From Promethearchaeota archaeon (GTDB lineage: Archaea > Asgardarchaeota > Lokiarchaeia > Sigyniarchaeales > SOKP01): a DNA stretch of 64,000 nt. Shown here piece after piece: positions 19,460 through 29,181 of the stretch. Position 1 is the stretch's first letter; every line of letters starts with the position of its first letter. The translations under genes were made by a program, and so were the position numbers. The notes under the pieces were generated by a model. That model saw only the letters and a program-made list of their open reading frames with translations. It had not been told where the DNA came from and did no database searches. The DNA is taken from assembly GCA_016839555.1 (NCBI GenBank), contig JAEOUA010000006.1, positions 320,001-384,000 on the forward strand. Direction: 5' to 3'.

Positions 19460-20464
19460 TCAGTCAAGAATTTCAAATTCTGCTCCTGTGTTGTTAGGCT
19501 TACATAAATAGAAATGCCCGCCAACATGCTTAATTTGAGTTTTAACGGCTCTTAATAATTTTTTAGCTTCTGAGTGGGACTCTGTGATTCCAATCACGCT
19601 GGGACCGAAAGAACTCATCCCATATGCCTTTACACCATATTTTTCCATAAAATTTAAAAGATTCTTAACCACATTATGTTGTAATTGAATTTCCCTTTTT
19701 TTAAACCCGATTGATTGGATTTTTTTTAATCCTTCTCCAAAACAAGTTAAATTCTTTTTAAGAATCCCAGGAATTATTTTCATCAAAATTTGATGGGAAA
19801 CTTCATTAACCTCTTCTCTCGGAATGGGTGTATGAGATTGAAAAATAGATATTTCTTCATCTCCATATGCTCCTTTTTTAACATTTGGGATGGCAAGTAC
19901 AAAACGCCAATGTTCCGGAATATCATATCTGAGAATTGTTAATGCCGGATCGGCAGAATTAGCGGCAGATGAGGGAAGGAATGTTTCTTTTTCCTCCCCC
20001 TTGCCAAAATCATGGCCTCCATCTAAAATGAACCCTCCCATTTCAAATCCTCGCCAACCAATACCAGACGTACCTCCTCTTTCTACTATCTTTGTTAAAG
20101 TTTTATGAGAGACATTTAAATTTTTCAATTTCGCGATTGATGTTGCTATAGCCAGGCTTAATTGTGTTTTAGAACCAAGACCAACATGGGAAGGATAATA
20201 TTGTTTTAAATTGAAATGAAAATTTTTATTATCTATTTTATATGCTTTAAAAACCTTTGAAGCTTTTTCATTGATTACTTCAATTGATTCGCGGTAATAG
20301 TGGTTTGCCTCAATTTTAAATTCTTTCGCTGCATTAGTAGCTTCAAATACCACATTCGGGCGGTCAAGCATGAGACCTATTCCCCCATCGACTCTTCCGG
20401 TGTATCCATTCTCATCGATTAAAGATAAATGAATTCTGCATGGAGTTGTGACTCTGATTTTCAT
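19460..20464 (-). CDS. mptG: Beta-ribofuranosylaminobenzene 5'-phosphate (RFAP) synthase, GHMP family
   Basis: TPCRIHLSLID, GRVDGGIG, HVGLGSKTQ, RGGTSGIG, GGFILDGGH, GMSSFGP. Confidence 0.92.
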   Translation of the reverse strand: MKIRVTTPCRIHLSLIDENGYTGRVDGGIGLMLDRPNVVFEATNAAKEFKIEANHYYRESIEVINEKASKVFKAYKIDNKNFHFNLKQYYPSHVGLGSKTQLSLAIATSIAKLKNLNVSHKTLTKIVERGGTSGIGWRGFEMGGFILDGGHDFGKGEEKETFLPSSAANSADPALTILRYDIPEHWRFVLAIPNVKKGAYGDEEISIFQSHTPIPREEVNEVSHQILMKIIPGILKKNLTCFGEGLKKIQSIGFKKREIQLQHNVVKNLLNFMEKYGVKAYGMSSFGPSVIGITESHSEAKKLLRAVKTQIKHVGGHFYLCKPNNTGAEFEILD

Positions 20465-20780
20465 TGTTAGAATCGCTCACCCGGCGCATAAATAAAAATC
20501 TTTTTAATTTCCTTCCATTTTTGGATTATCAAATCTTATTCTTCTCCTTGTACTAAATTTATTTATGCTAAAAATTTCTCATTAATTCAATAAGGTTTAA
20601 AATGAATTAATTAAAAAAAATATTCATAAAATTATAAATTCTTTACTAAAGAGCATAAAAAACCATCAAAAGAGTCATTTAAAATCTCAATAAATCTTAT
20701 TAAATTAATGAATTAGAACAAAATTTTCATAATAAAAAAAATAGAATTATAAATTAGTATACCCAAAAATTTAGAATAAT

Positions 20781-21452
20781 CTATATTTCCTTTTTTAGTT
20801 GAGATTTGACTTTTTCAATATCAATAGGGGAATTAATATTAATTAAGGAAAGTAAATTAGAATCCAGTGGTTTTAATTCCTTTTCAACAGAAATGTAATT
20901 AATATTCCATGATTTATCAATAAGTTTGTTTAGTCCGTAATTTCTTTTTTCTTCAATAATTTTTTTTGCTTTTTGAAAGGTAGACTCAACCGGATAAATC
21001 GCGAATAAAGTTTCCAAAAATCCATTATTCCAACGTGGGATAACGCAATCATATCCTTTAGATTGATTAATTATATGCCTTATTACTTCCGATTTAATTA
21101 GGGGGGCATCACCTGATAAAGTGAATGCTTTTCGAAATCCTCTCTTGTTCAGCTCTTTAAAAGCGGAATAGATTCCTAACATTGGAGTAAAAACTTCTTC
21201 CAGGTGCGCATAGGACCTATCATCTACTGTAAAAATCACTTTTTTTGGAAAATCAACTCTTTTTTGAATAGCTATGACTTGTTCTTCAGAATTTGCAGCT
21301 AAAAAAATATCCTCATCAAATTCTGCTAGTGTTTCAATTTGATAGAGAATTAATGGTTTTTCATTGATTTCAATAGTACCTTTATCATACCCAAATCTAA
21401 TACTTTTCCCCCCGATTAAAATAACAATAGCAAGATCTTTTTGATTTTCCAT
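20781..21452 (-). CDS. mobA: Molybdenum cofactor guanylyltransferase
   Basis: ILIGGKSIRFGYDKG, PMLGIYSA, GDAPLI, NINSPID. Confidence 0.8.
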   Translation of the reverse strand: MENQKDLAIVILIGGKSIRFGYDKGTIEINEKPLILYQIETLAEFDEDIFLAANSEEQVIAIQKRVDFPKKVIFTVDDRSYAHLEEVFTPMLGIYSAFKELNKRGFRKAFTLSGDAPLIKSEVIRHIINQSKGYDCVIPRWNNGFLETLFAIYPVESTFQKAKKIIEEKRNYGLNKLIDKSWNINYISVEKELKPLDSNLLSLININSPIDIEKVKSQLKKEI

Positions 21453-21643
21453 ATTATTAATATAGTACTTTTTAAATTGTAATTTAAATGATTTAGATAT
21501 TACATATTTTTATATTTTAAAAATATTATAATTAGTTTATAATAATTAAATATTACACTTTAAAAGTATTTAAAAGTGTATCTATTGTTTTATTAATGGT
21601 TTCCATGTTATTTAAATATTAAAAGGTTGTATGAAGAACTATA

Positions 21644-21958
21644 GTGATCAGAATGAATAATGAAAGTTATGTCGATTTTTATGACCAGATATTGCATTAT
21701 TTTCATAATAAACCACTTAAAAAGGGAGATGTGGAAATCTGGAAAAATCAGACATATATTAAGCTAATGGAAGTATTAAAAAAAACAAATGATAAACAGA
21801 AAATTAGAAATTCCATTATCTTGCTTATATCATTATTCGAAGATCTCCCGCCTGATATTTTAAATAATCGGGGTGATAAAATGGAGAATTTAAAAATAGA
21901 AGAAAAAAAAAAGTTAGTTTCACTATTAAAAGAGGAATTCTCCTCAAATTCCAAATGA
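21644..21958 (+). CDS. Hypothetical protein
   Basis: 104-aa ORF with codon usage like its neighbours; no recognised motif. Confidence 0.6.
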   Translation: MIRMNNESYVDFYDQILHYFHNKPLKKGDVEIWKNQTYIKLMEVLKKTNDKQKIRNSIILLISLFEDLPPDILNNRGDKMENLKIEEKKKLVSLLKEEFSSNSK

Positions 21959-22056
21959 TTTAATTAAATTTTATTCTACTGAAAATACTAGTTTATCTTA
22001 TTCTTGAAGAAAGAACTCTTGTCGAATATATTAAGAAAAAAGCATTAAATCAGAGA

Positions 22057-24243
22057 TTAGAAAAAAGATAAAATTAAGGTGCTACCCCAATATACCAATG
22101 CCCCGATTAATAAAGCAACTAAAATCTCTAATAATGCGATTTTTAATGCGTACTTCCAACTGGTCTCTCGAGCAATTATTATAATGGTAGCGAAACAAGG
22201 GATATAAAGCATTGTCACTAAGCTAAACACAAACATTTGAAGGGGCGTTAATAGCATTGGTATAGTCAAGCCAAGTGAATTCGCAAGTTCCTGCAAAAGG
22301 ACTAATGTTAATTCCTTTCGGATAATTCCATAGAGCAGAAAGATCCCCGTAATAAGTGGAAGTCCCAGTAAAAACGTAATCGGCGATATGAACACATTTA
22401 TTGGTTCAAGAAGATTAAACATTAAGAGAAGTTCTAATACAATACCTAAGATGATGATGATTGGCATCGCTTTAAAAATAAATTCTTTGCTTCTGAGCCA
22501 CGTCTGTTTTAGTATTACTTTAATATTTGGTGCTCTATATTCGTGCATCTCCATTATTAATTCCGTAGATTTTCCTGGCATTGTTTTATTTAAAATCTTA
22601 CCAACAATGATAATTACCACAAAATTAATTAAAAATAACAATGCCACATATAAAGGTCCTAAATATCGTCCTACTAAGCCCATTACCACAGTTAACACAG
22701 CTGCGCAAGGAACCAATGAGGTTAAAACTATTGAGATCTTTTTTTCTCTCTGAGTTTCCATAATTCTGCATCCAGCACAAGCAGGTACATTGCAAGCAAA
22801 TCCAAGAATCATGGGAATAATTGTTTTGCCGTGAACACCAAGAAAGTGCATAAATTTATCTAATAGAAAGGCCGCACGAGGCAGATAACCCGAGTCTTGT
22901 AAGATTTCTATAATTAAAAAGAAGGGAACAACAAATACTAAAACACCCCCAACAGCACCGAAAATCCCACCAACAACTCCATCCCATAATATTTTCACCC
23001 CTAGTGTATCCTCTCCATATATATCATAAATTTGGCTACTCCAGATGTTATACAGATCCTCTAAATATCCTCCTAATAAATTACCAATTTCAAAGGTGAA
23101 AAAATAAGTACCTAGTAGGATTAAAGCTAAGATCACATATCCCCAGAAGGGATGGGTGGTAATTTGATCTAATTTTTCTCTAAATGTTTTTTTCTTTTCT
23201 TTTTCTACTTCACTAATCAGAACTAATTCAGTTATTTTATGTATTTTATTATATATTTCTGATGAGATTATGGTATTAATATCTTCTCCATGAAAGTCTT
23301 CTAATTCTTTCCGATAATTTTTAGCAATATCAATGATATATCTGGTTTTATCATTGTTCTGAAAGAATTTTTTGATTTCTTTATCATTTTCTAATAATTT
23401 TATAGCTATGAATCTCTGAGGATAATTATATTTAGAAAAATAATTATCAAATTTTCGTATTTCACCAATTAAACCTTCAAGTTTATTCTCTACTTCTTTC
23501 CCAAGTTTTAAAATAGGCTTAAGATCAGGAAATTGAAATGAATTTTTTGGTTTCAGATCCATATTGAGTTCCTTATTATAGATTTCTCTGGTTCTTCTCG
23601 CATGAGATAAATGCTCATGCATTCTTCTACCTCTTCTTGAATAATGAGCATGAGGATGATGATACACAGCTAATTCTATTGCTTCTTCCAATAATTGATG
23701 TACACCCCGTCCATGAATTGCAACGCAAGGAATTACTGGAAGTTTGAAAATCTCTTCTAACTTCTTAAAATCGATTGTCATATTCCTTTTATTTAATATA
23801 TCGCATAGATTAATAGCAAGAATAACGGGTACTTCTAATTCAAGCAATTGAAACGCAAAAAAGAGGTTGCGCTCGAAATTTGTCGCATCTATAACATCAA
23901 TAATTACATCAACTTCTTCAGAAATAATATATTCCCTACTCACTATTTCTTCTAAGGAATATGTAGATAAGCTATAAATTCCCGGTAAATCAACTATATT
24001 AAAATGAAAACCTAAAAATTCTAAATGACCTTCCTTTCTTTCTACGGTTTTTCCTGGCCAGTTTCCTATGGTTTGAGATAATCCAGTTAGTTGATTAAAT
24101 ATAACTGATTTCCCAACATTAGGATTTCCAGCAAGGGCTATGTTTATAGTATTTTTTTCACTTAATCCCTTTTTTACCTTAGCTCTTAATGCATGTTTTT
24201 GTATTTGTCTTTTCTTATGAAATTTTCTCATACAAATTACCAC
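22057..24243 (-). CDS. feoB: Ferrous iron transporter B
   Basis: GNPNVGKS, NWPGKTVE, DLPGIYSL GTPase motifs; DSGYLPRAAF, GFACNVPA, LYIPCFAT membrane motifs. Confidence 0.96.
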   Translation of the reverse strand: MVICMRKFHKKRQIQKHALRAKVKKGLSEKNTINIALAGNPNVGKSVIFNQLTGLSQTIGNWPGKTVERKEGHLEFLGFHFNIVDLPGIYSLSTYSLEEIVSREYIISEEVDVIIDVIDATNFERNLFFAFQLLELEVPVILAINLCDILNKRNMTIDFKKLEEIFKLPVIPCVAIHGRGVHQLLEEAIELAVYHHPHAHYSRRGRRMHEHLSHARRTREIYNKELNMDLKPKNSFQFPDLKPILKLGKEVENKLEGLIGEIRKFDNYFSKYNYPQRFIAIKLLENDKEIKKFFQNNDKTRYIIDIAKNYRKELEDFHGEDINTIISSEIYNKIHKITELVLISEVEKEKKKTFREKLDQITTHPFWGYVILALILLGTYFFTFEIGNLLGGYLEDLYNIWSSQIYDIYGEDTLGVKILWDGVVGGIFGAVGGVLVFVVPFFLIIEILQDSGYLPRAAFLLDKFMHFLGVHGKTIIPMILGFACNVPACAGCRIMETQREKKISIVLTSLVPCAAVLTVVMGLVGRYLGPLYVALLFLINFVVIIIVGKILNKTMPGKSTELIMEMHEYRAPNIKVILKQTWLRSKEFIFKAMPIIIILGIVLELLLMFNLLEPINVFISPITFLLGLPLITGIFLLYGIIRKELTLVLLQELANSLGLTIPMLLTPLQMFVFSLVTMLYIPCFATIIIIARETSWKYALKIALLEILVALLIGALVYWGSTLILSFF

Positions 24244-24330
24244 GTTTTTAAAATTTTAGATAATAATATTAAAAGATACATCAAACAAAATGTATTATTT
24301 TTCTAAAATAAAATTAAATCATTGTATTTA

Positions 24331-24630
24331 TTATTCTATACACTCCTCGCCACATTTCACGAAAATTTTGGACGCGATTCCACGACCAATTATTAAGCTG
24401 GAACTTTTTATTTTAATTTCTAAAGGTCCTTTTAATGGCGCAGATCTAGATTTAATGATTTCAACACCAGGAATAATTCCTAAATTCGCTAATCTTTGTC
24501 GTGCCTTTTTTCCCACCATTACTTTTGTAACTTTAAGAACTTCATTTTTCTCACATTCTGTTAAACATCTTTTTAATGGTATTCCTTGAAGTCTATTGCG
24601 TTGTATATTCTTAATCACAGTTTCACTCAT
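24331..24630 (-). CDS. feoA: FeoA family protein
   Basis: RQRLANLGIIPG...GPLEIKIK...IIGRGIA. Confidence 0.9.
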   Translation of the reverse strand: MSETVIKNIQRNRLQGIPLKRCLTECEKNEVLKVTKVMVGKKARQRLANLGIIPGVEIIKSRSAPLKGPLEIKIKSSSLIIGRGIASKIFVKCGEECIE

Positions 24631-24689
24631 AGATTTAAAACGAAAAAGTTATTTTTCTAAGTAATTATATGAATCATTATATTTAAATA

Positions 24690-24703
24690 TTAGGTAAGTC
24701 TAG
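24690..24703. promoter_or_regulatory. Candidate metal-repressor box TTAG-N6-CTAG upstream of feoA-feoB
   Basis: TTAGGTAAGTCTAG next to a TATA-like ATTTAAAT; the same arrangement recurs before the other feoA. Confidence 0.5.
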
Positions 24704-24935
24704 AATGATCTTTTTTTATAGTTATTTTAGAGCTATTGAATAGCTTTATTTAAGAGAAACTAATGATTTTTAAAGAATTAAATATTTTATCTGCCAATAT
24801 TACTTAAAGTATTATTGATAATTATATTCTTAAATAAAAGAAGCAAATCTCAAATAAACTCTCAATTTTATAAAAATTTTTGATTTCAGATAATTAAAAG
24901 AAATATTTATTAAAACAGTTACATTTACAATATTT

Positions 24936-25226
24936 TCATTTAACCATAACTTTAGCTGCAAGACCTCGTCCGAGAACAATGTTGCTGCCTCTAACAATTA
25001 CTTCAACTGGTCCTCTCAAGATAGCTGATCTAGTTTTTTTAATTTTGACACCGGGAACGATTCCCAGGTCCGCCAATCTCTGTTTAGCCCCTCGACCGGC
25101 ATTAACAGATACAACCTTAACCTCAGCACCATTGGGACATTCCGTTAAACATTTTAAGATGGACCTCGTGCCTTGAGTTTTTTTCTCAGTATTATCTTCA
25201 GCACCCAGAGTCATATTTGCTTCCAA
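24936..25226 (-). CDS. feoA: FeoA family protein (second copy)
   Basis: KQRLADLGIVPG...GPVEVIVRG...LGRGLA. Confidence 0.9.
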   Translation of the reverse strand: MEANMTLGAEDNTEKKTQGTRSILKCLTECPNGAEVKVVSVNAGRGAKQRLADLGIVPGVKIKKTRSAILRGPVEVIVRGSNIVLGRGLAAKVMVK

Positions 25227-25322
25227 TTTAGTATGTTTTATTTTAAGAAAATGAATAAATATTCATATAGTGAAAACTATGCTTAATTCTAATTAATATT
25301 ATTTTGTAAATTATTTAAATTT

Positions 25323-25336
25323 CTAGATTTAACTAG
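25323..25336. promoter_or_regulatory. Candidate metal-repressor box CTAG-N6-CTAG upstream of the second feoA
   Basis: CTAGATTTAACTAG, 2 bp from a TATA-like ATTTAAAT. Confidence 0.5.
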
Positions 25337-25587
25337 GGATTATTTTTTTTTTGAATATATTTTGAGCTCAAAACTATATTTTCTCCATTTAAATCATATT
25401 CTTCATTATAATTAAATACTTAAATTACTCAAGTTTTATTTAAACTAACTTATTTTATTTGATTCCTAATTTAAAGTGTTCTTTTATTATTTTTTAATTT
25501 TCAATAAAGGTTATAAAATAAAAAATTCAAATTTTTTCCTTTCTTATCTAAATTAATTTAAAGAAAAGTAATTTGAAGTGAGAGATA

Positions 25588-26979
25588 TTGAGCGATTTAG
25601 AAGGATTAGCGAGAAATTTAATGAAAAAAGGATATAAAGATGAGCAAATTATTGATCGCCTCGTTCAAGAATATCTTGATTATAAAGAGATTAACAAAGA
25701 ATTAGCTTATAAACTTTCTGCGGGTGTTCTTGAAGAGTGTAAAAAAAGTGATATTTCTAAGCTTAGTGATCCATTTATAAAAAGTCTTCTTAATTTTGAT
25801 AGGGCAAATATTACTGTTGGGAGGCAGGGAGTGGGATGTCGTGGAGCGGGTGATTTTTTTGTACATAAATTAATAACTGAATTTTGTGAGACCAGCACAG
25901 AGGCATATTTATCCCCTAAATCCTTGGATGATGCTGGAGCCGTTCGATTACAAGATATTGAATCATTATATAATAATATAGATAAAAAAGATATAATTAT
26001 CGTATCAAAAATGGAAGGAATTCATTCTCGATTGAGTGATTTCCCTTTCATATGTGGATTTCATGTAACCCGAGCTGCACTCCGGGATTTATATGTAAAA
26101 GGGGCGCAACCCATCTCTATTTTGGTTGATGTGCACTTAGGAGATGATAGTGATGTCGGAAAATTATTTGATTTCATGGCGGGGATTTCTACTGTCTGTG
26201 AAATAGCAAAAGTTCCTCTTACTGCTGGTTCCACATTGAGAATTGGGGGTGATATGGTTATCGGAAATCGCTTAGTTGGCGGAATAGGAGGTGTGGGTAT
26301 CGCAAGCACTAATTTATTTGCTAGGAGAAATATTAAACCAGGAGATAGAATATTAATGACTGAGGGTGCGGGAGGAGGCACTATTTCAACAACAGCAATT
26401 TATTCCGGAAACCATCATGTTGTAAAAGAAACAATGAATATAAAATTCTTAAAGGCCTGCGAAATAATATTGAATTCAGATTATAAAGATAATATCCATG
26501 CTATGTGTGATGTAACTAATGGAGGATTGCGTGGGGATCTTTATGAGATAAATTATGAAGCAAATTGCGGAGTGACTGTCTTTGAAGAAAAAATTAGAAA
26601 ATTAGTCAATCCTATAGTTTTAAAATTATTAGAACAAACAGGAGTAGACTATTTAGGTGTTTCATTAGATGCACTATTAATTTATTGCACTGAAGATACT
26701 TCAAAAAAAATAATCTCTGATTTAAGAAAACAAAATATTAATTGCGCTGAAATCGGATATGTGGATGAATCTAAAAAGATTTCTATAGTGTTTCAGGATA
26801 AACAAGTCAAGAAGATATTTCCTAAATTTCGAGAATCTGCATATACCAAAATTAAAAAGGTAATAGGAGAAAAAACTCCTGAAGAAAAAGAAGTTATGGA
26901 AAAATCAATAGAAGAAACGGCTAAGAAAGCGTTAATCAAAAGGAAAAAGATGATTGAGTATATAAAAAATTTAACATAA
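25588..26979 (+). CDS. AIR synthase-related (PurM/HypE-like) archaeal protein
   Basis: GVGCRGAGDF, LDDAGAV, EGIHSRLSDFP, DVTNGGLRGD. Confidence 0.85.
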   Translation: MSDLEGLARNLMKKGYKDEQIIDRLVQEYLDYKEINKELAYKLSAGVLEECKKSDISKLSDPFIKSLLNFDRANITVGRQGVGCRGAGDFFVHKLITEFCETSTEAYLSPKSLDDAGAVRLQDIESLYNNIDKKDIIIVSKMEGIHSRLSDFPFICGFHVTRAALRDLYVKGAQPISILVDVHLGDDSDVGKLFDFMAGISTVCEIAKVPLTAGSTLRIGGDMVIGNRLVGGIGGVGIASTNLFARRNIKPGDRILMTEGAGGGTISTTAIYSGNHHVVKETMNIKFLKACEIILNSDYKDNIHAMCDVTNGGLRGDLYEINYEANCGVTVFEEKIRKLVNPIVLKLLEQTGVDYLGVSLDALLIYCTEDTSKKIISDLRKQNINCAEIGYVDESKKISIVFQDKQVKKIFPKFRESAYTKIKKVIGEKTPEEKEVMEKSIEETAKKALIKRKKMIEYIKNLT

Positions 26980-27062
26980 AGAATTTTATATGAGAAATAC
27001 TTCTATATTCACGCAATATAACTTGACTTTACTTATAAATTCTTTAATATAATTCAAATACA

Positions 27063-27722
27063 ATGAAATGCAATTTTTGTGGTGCAGATATACCACCCGG
27101 AATTTTGTATTGTCCCAATTGTGGGAAAAGAATAACAAAATCAAGTAGAACGATTGATATAAACTCTGGAAGTCAATTATTTTTCCCTTCTTCTTATGAA
27201 GAAATGAGTAAATATATGTTATATTTATTTAATTTAGTAAATCTTCATATTTTTGATGAAAACTATAACGAAATTGGGATAATAAAGGTCCGTAACAAAT
27301 TTTTAAAAATAATTGGCGAAATATATGATATTCATGAAGGATTGATACTTTCTGTGACTCCTATTTTCTTTTCTTTTAAAACTGCATTTAAAATAAAAGA
27401 TTCTCAAGAGATAGAAATCGCGAGAATAAAAAAAATAGTTTTTTCTGCAATAATTAAAAATTTCTATATTCAATCACCTTCCAATGAGAAATGGTTTAGC
27501 ATCATTAAATCGCGCCGTTCAAACTACAAGATAAAGAGCTTTTCAACAAATAAAGTAGTGGCTGAATTTGGTCATATTAATCAGTTGGAAGAGATGATAA
27601 TAGATTTTTCTTTAGAAAATCTAAATAATTTTTATTTCTTAAAAGTTTATGATGAAAGGGTAAATAGATTGTTACTTCTTGGGAGCTTTCTAACGATTTA
27701 TTTGAATAATTATCTTTTATGA
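27063..27722 (+). CDS. Zinc-ribbon plus LURP-one/scramblase (tubby-C-like) domain protein
   Basis: CNFCG...CPNCG N-terminus; repeated beta-hairpins (IFDEN..EIG.I, IKDSQEIEIARIKK) and a hydrophobic C-terminal helix. Confidence 0.6.
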   Translation: MKCNFCGADIPPGILYCPNCGKRITKSSRTIDINSGSQLFFPSSYEEMSKYMLYLFNLVNLHIFDENYNEIGIIKVRNKFLKIIGEIYDIHEGLILSVTPIFFSFKTAFKIKDSQEIEIARIKKIVFSAIIKNFYIQSPSNEKWFSIIKSRRSNYKIKSFSTNKVVAEFGHINQLEEMIIDFSLENLNNFYFLKVYDERVNRLLLLGSFLTIYLNNYLL

Positions 27723-27877
27723 AGTGTGATAAATTAATAAGCAGATCTATTAATATACTTTATTTATTTCTATTTTATTAAAATAAAGAAATTATATTTG
27801 AAATATTAAAAACAAAAAATAATATGCTCAATAATAACTAAGTTAATTAAAATTAAATTAATAAAGGAAAATGATTA

Positions 27878-28288
27878 ATGGCCGTAAAAAAATATATAAA
27901 AAGGTTTGTACAATTTAGTGGAATAATACTTATAATCATGGGGATTATATTAATTATTATTGGGTTTTCAAGGTTTTTTTCAACAATATTTAATATATCA
28001 CCGTTTAGTTTTAATTTGAGTTTTATGGGTTCTAATAGGATATACTTTTTGATAGGAGGTCTAATGATTCCAGTGGGTTTTTTTATAACAATTTTTAGTT
28101 CTATTTTTATTAAGATTTCTAGCATAGATCAAGTATCTACGATTAATTATGAACAAAATATTTATAAAAAACCTCCTGAAACACCAATAGAAGACAAAAA
28201 AGAAAAGACTTTAATATGTATTTATTGCGGGCAAGAAGTTAAAAATGACCAAGAAATATGTTCTTATTGTGGAGCAAAATTAAAATAG
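27878..28288 (+). CDS. Two-TM membrane protein with C-terminal zinc ribbon
   Basis: Two hydrophobic helices; CIYCG...CSYCG. Confidence 0.75.
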   Translation: MAVKKYIKRFVQFSGIILIIMGIILIIIGFSRFFSTIFNISPFSFNLSFMGSNRIYFLIGGLMIPVGFFITIFSSIFIKISSIDQVSTINYEQNIYKKPPETPIEDKKEKTLICIYCGQEVKNDQEICSYCGAKLK

Positions 28289-29091
28289 ATCAACCCGCTC
28301 CTCCTATATCCTTCAATATCAATAGTTATATAGGAAAATCCCAATTTTTTTAGTTTATTCTTAATACGTTCTATATTATTTCTGTTAAAAATTTTGAAAA
28401 GATCTTCTGCTAAAAATTCAATCCTTATGAGATTTTCTTTATGATATCTAACCCTTAATTGCTTAAGGTCAAATTCTGTTTTGAGAAATTCCTCAGCTAG
28501 TTTTATTTTATTTACTAATTCTTCATCAATACAAATTCCATAAGAGATCCTGGTGGCAAAACATGCATTGGGGGGTTTATTTTTCACTTCTAAATCAAAG
28601 AATTCACTCAATTGAATAATATCTTCTTTATCAATATTGATATCTATATAGGGAGTAGCTATTCCTAATTCTTTTATAGCTTTATAACCAGGGCGATAAT
28701 CATTCAAATCAGAGAGATTGCTACCTTCAACGATTAGATCATATTGCAGCTCATTTTTAATTTGCAAAAATTTTGAATAAATAAGGTGCTTGCAAATATA
28801 ACAACGATTTTTGGGATTATCTCGAAATTCCTTTATTTTTACTGGGTCAAACTCTATAACTCTCTGTGGGATATTATGATTTTGCGCGAATTGAGCAGCA
28901 TCGTGGAGTTCTTTCTCTGAAAAAATTATTGATGATGCAGTGAATAATAAGGTTTCTTTTGAATATAAATTTGAAAGATAGGCCAACAAGGAGCTGTCTA
29001 TTCCTCCTGAAAAAGCAACTATAATTTTTTTATTTTGCATAGATGCTTTTAACTTGTTGAGTTTGCTTTGAAGCTTCTTAGATAATTCCAT
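28264..29091 (-). CDS. larE: ATP-dependent sulfur transferase LarE family
   Basis: PP-loop AFSGGIDS, NPKNRCYICK, DYRPG, ACFATRI, QLRVR. Confidence 0.88.
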   Translation of the reverse strand: MELSKKLQSKLNKLKASMQNKKIIVAFSGGIDSSLLAYLSNLYSKETLLFTASSIIFSEKELHDAAQFAQNHNIPQRVIEFDPVKIKEFRDNPKNRCYICKHLIYSKFLQIKNELQYDLIVEGSNLSDLNDYRPGYKAIKELGIATPYIDINIDKEDIIQLSEFFDLEVKNKPPNACFATRISYGICIDEELVNKIKLAEEFLKTEFDLKQLRVRYHKENLIRIEFLAEDLFKIFNRNNIERIKNKLKKLGFSYITIDIEGYRRSGLIYFNFAPQ

Positions 29092-29181
29092 TGCTATCTA
29101 CTTTGAATAATAATGATTAATAAATAAATAATTCAGCTTCAAAGTAAAAAAAGAAATAAGAAAATAATAAAGATTTAATGG

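Noticed and set aside
20490-20585. Short purine-rich minus-strand frame upstream of mptG
   Set aside because: It is only about 25 codons, is bounded by stops, and has no plausible start or motif.
28264-28288. Convergent 3' overlaps (also 46018-46034 and 59075-59078)
   Set aside because: Short tail-to-tail overlaps are common in compact AT-rich genomes.
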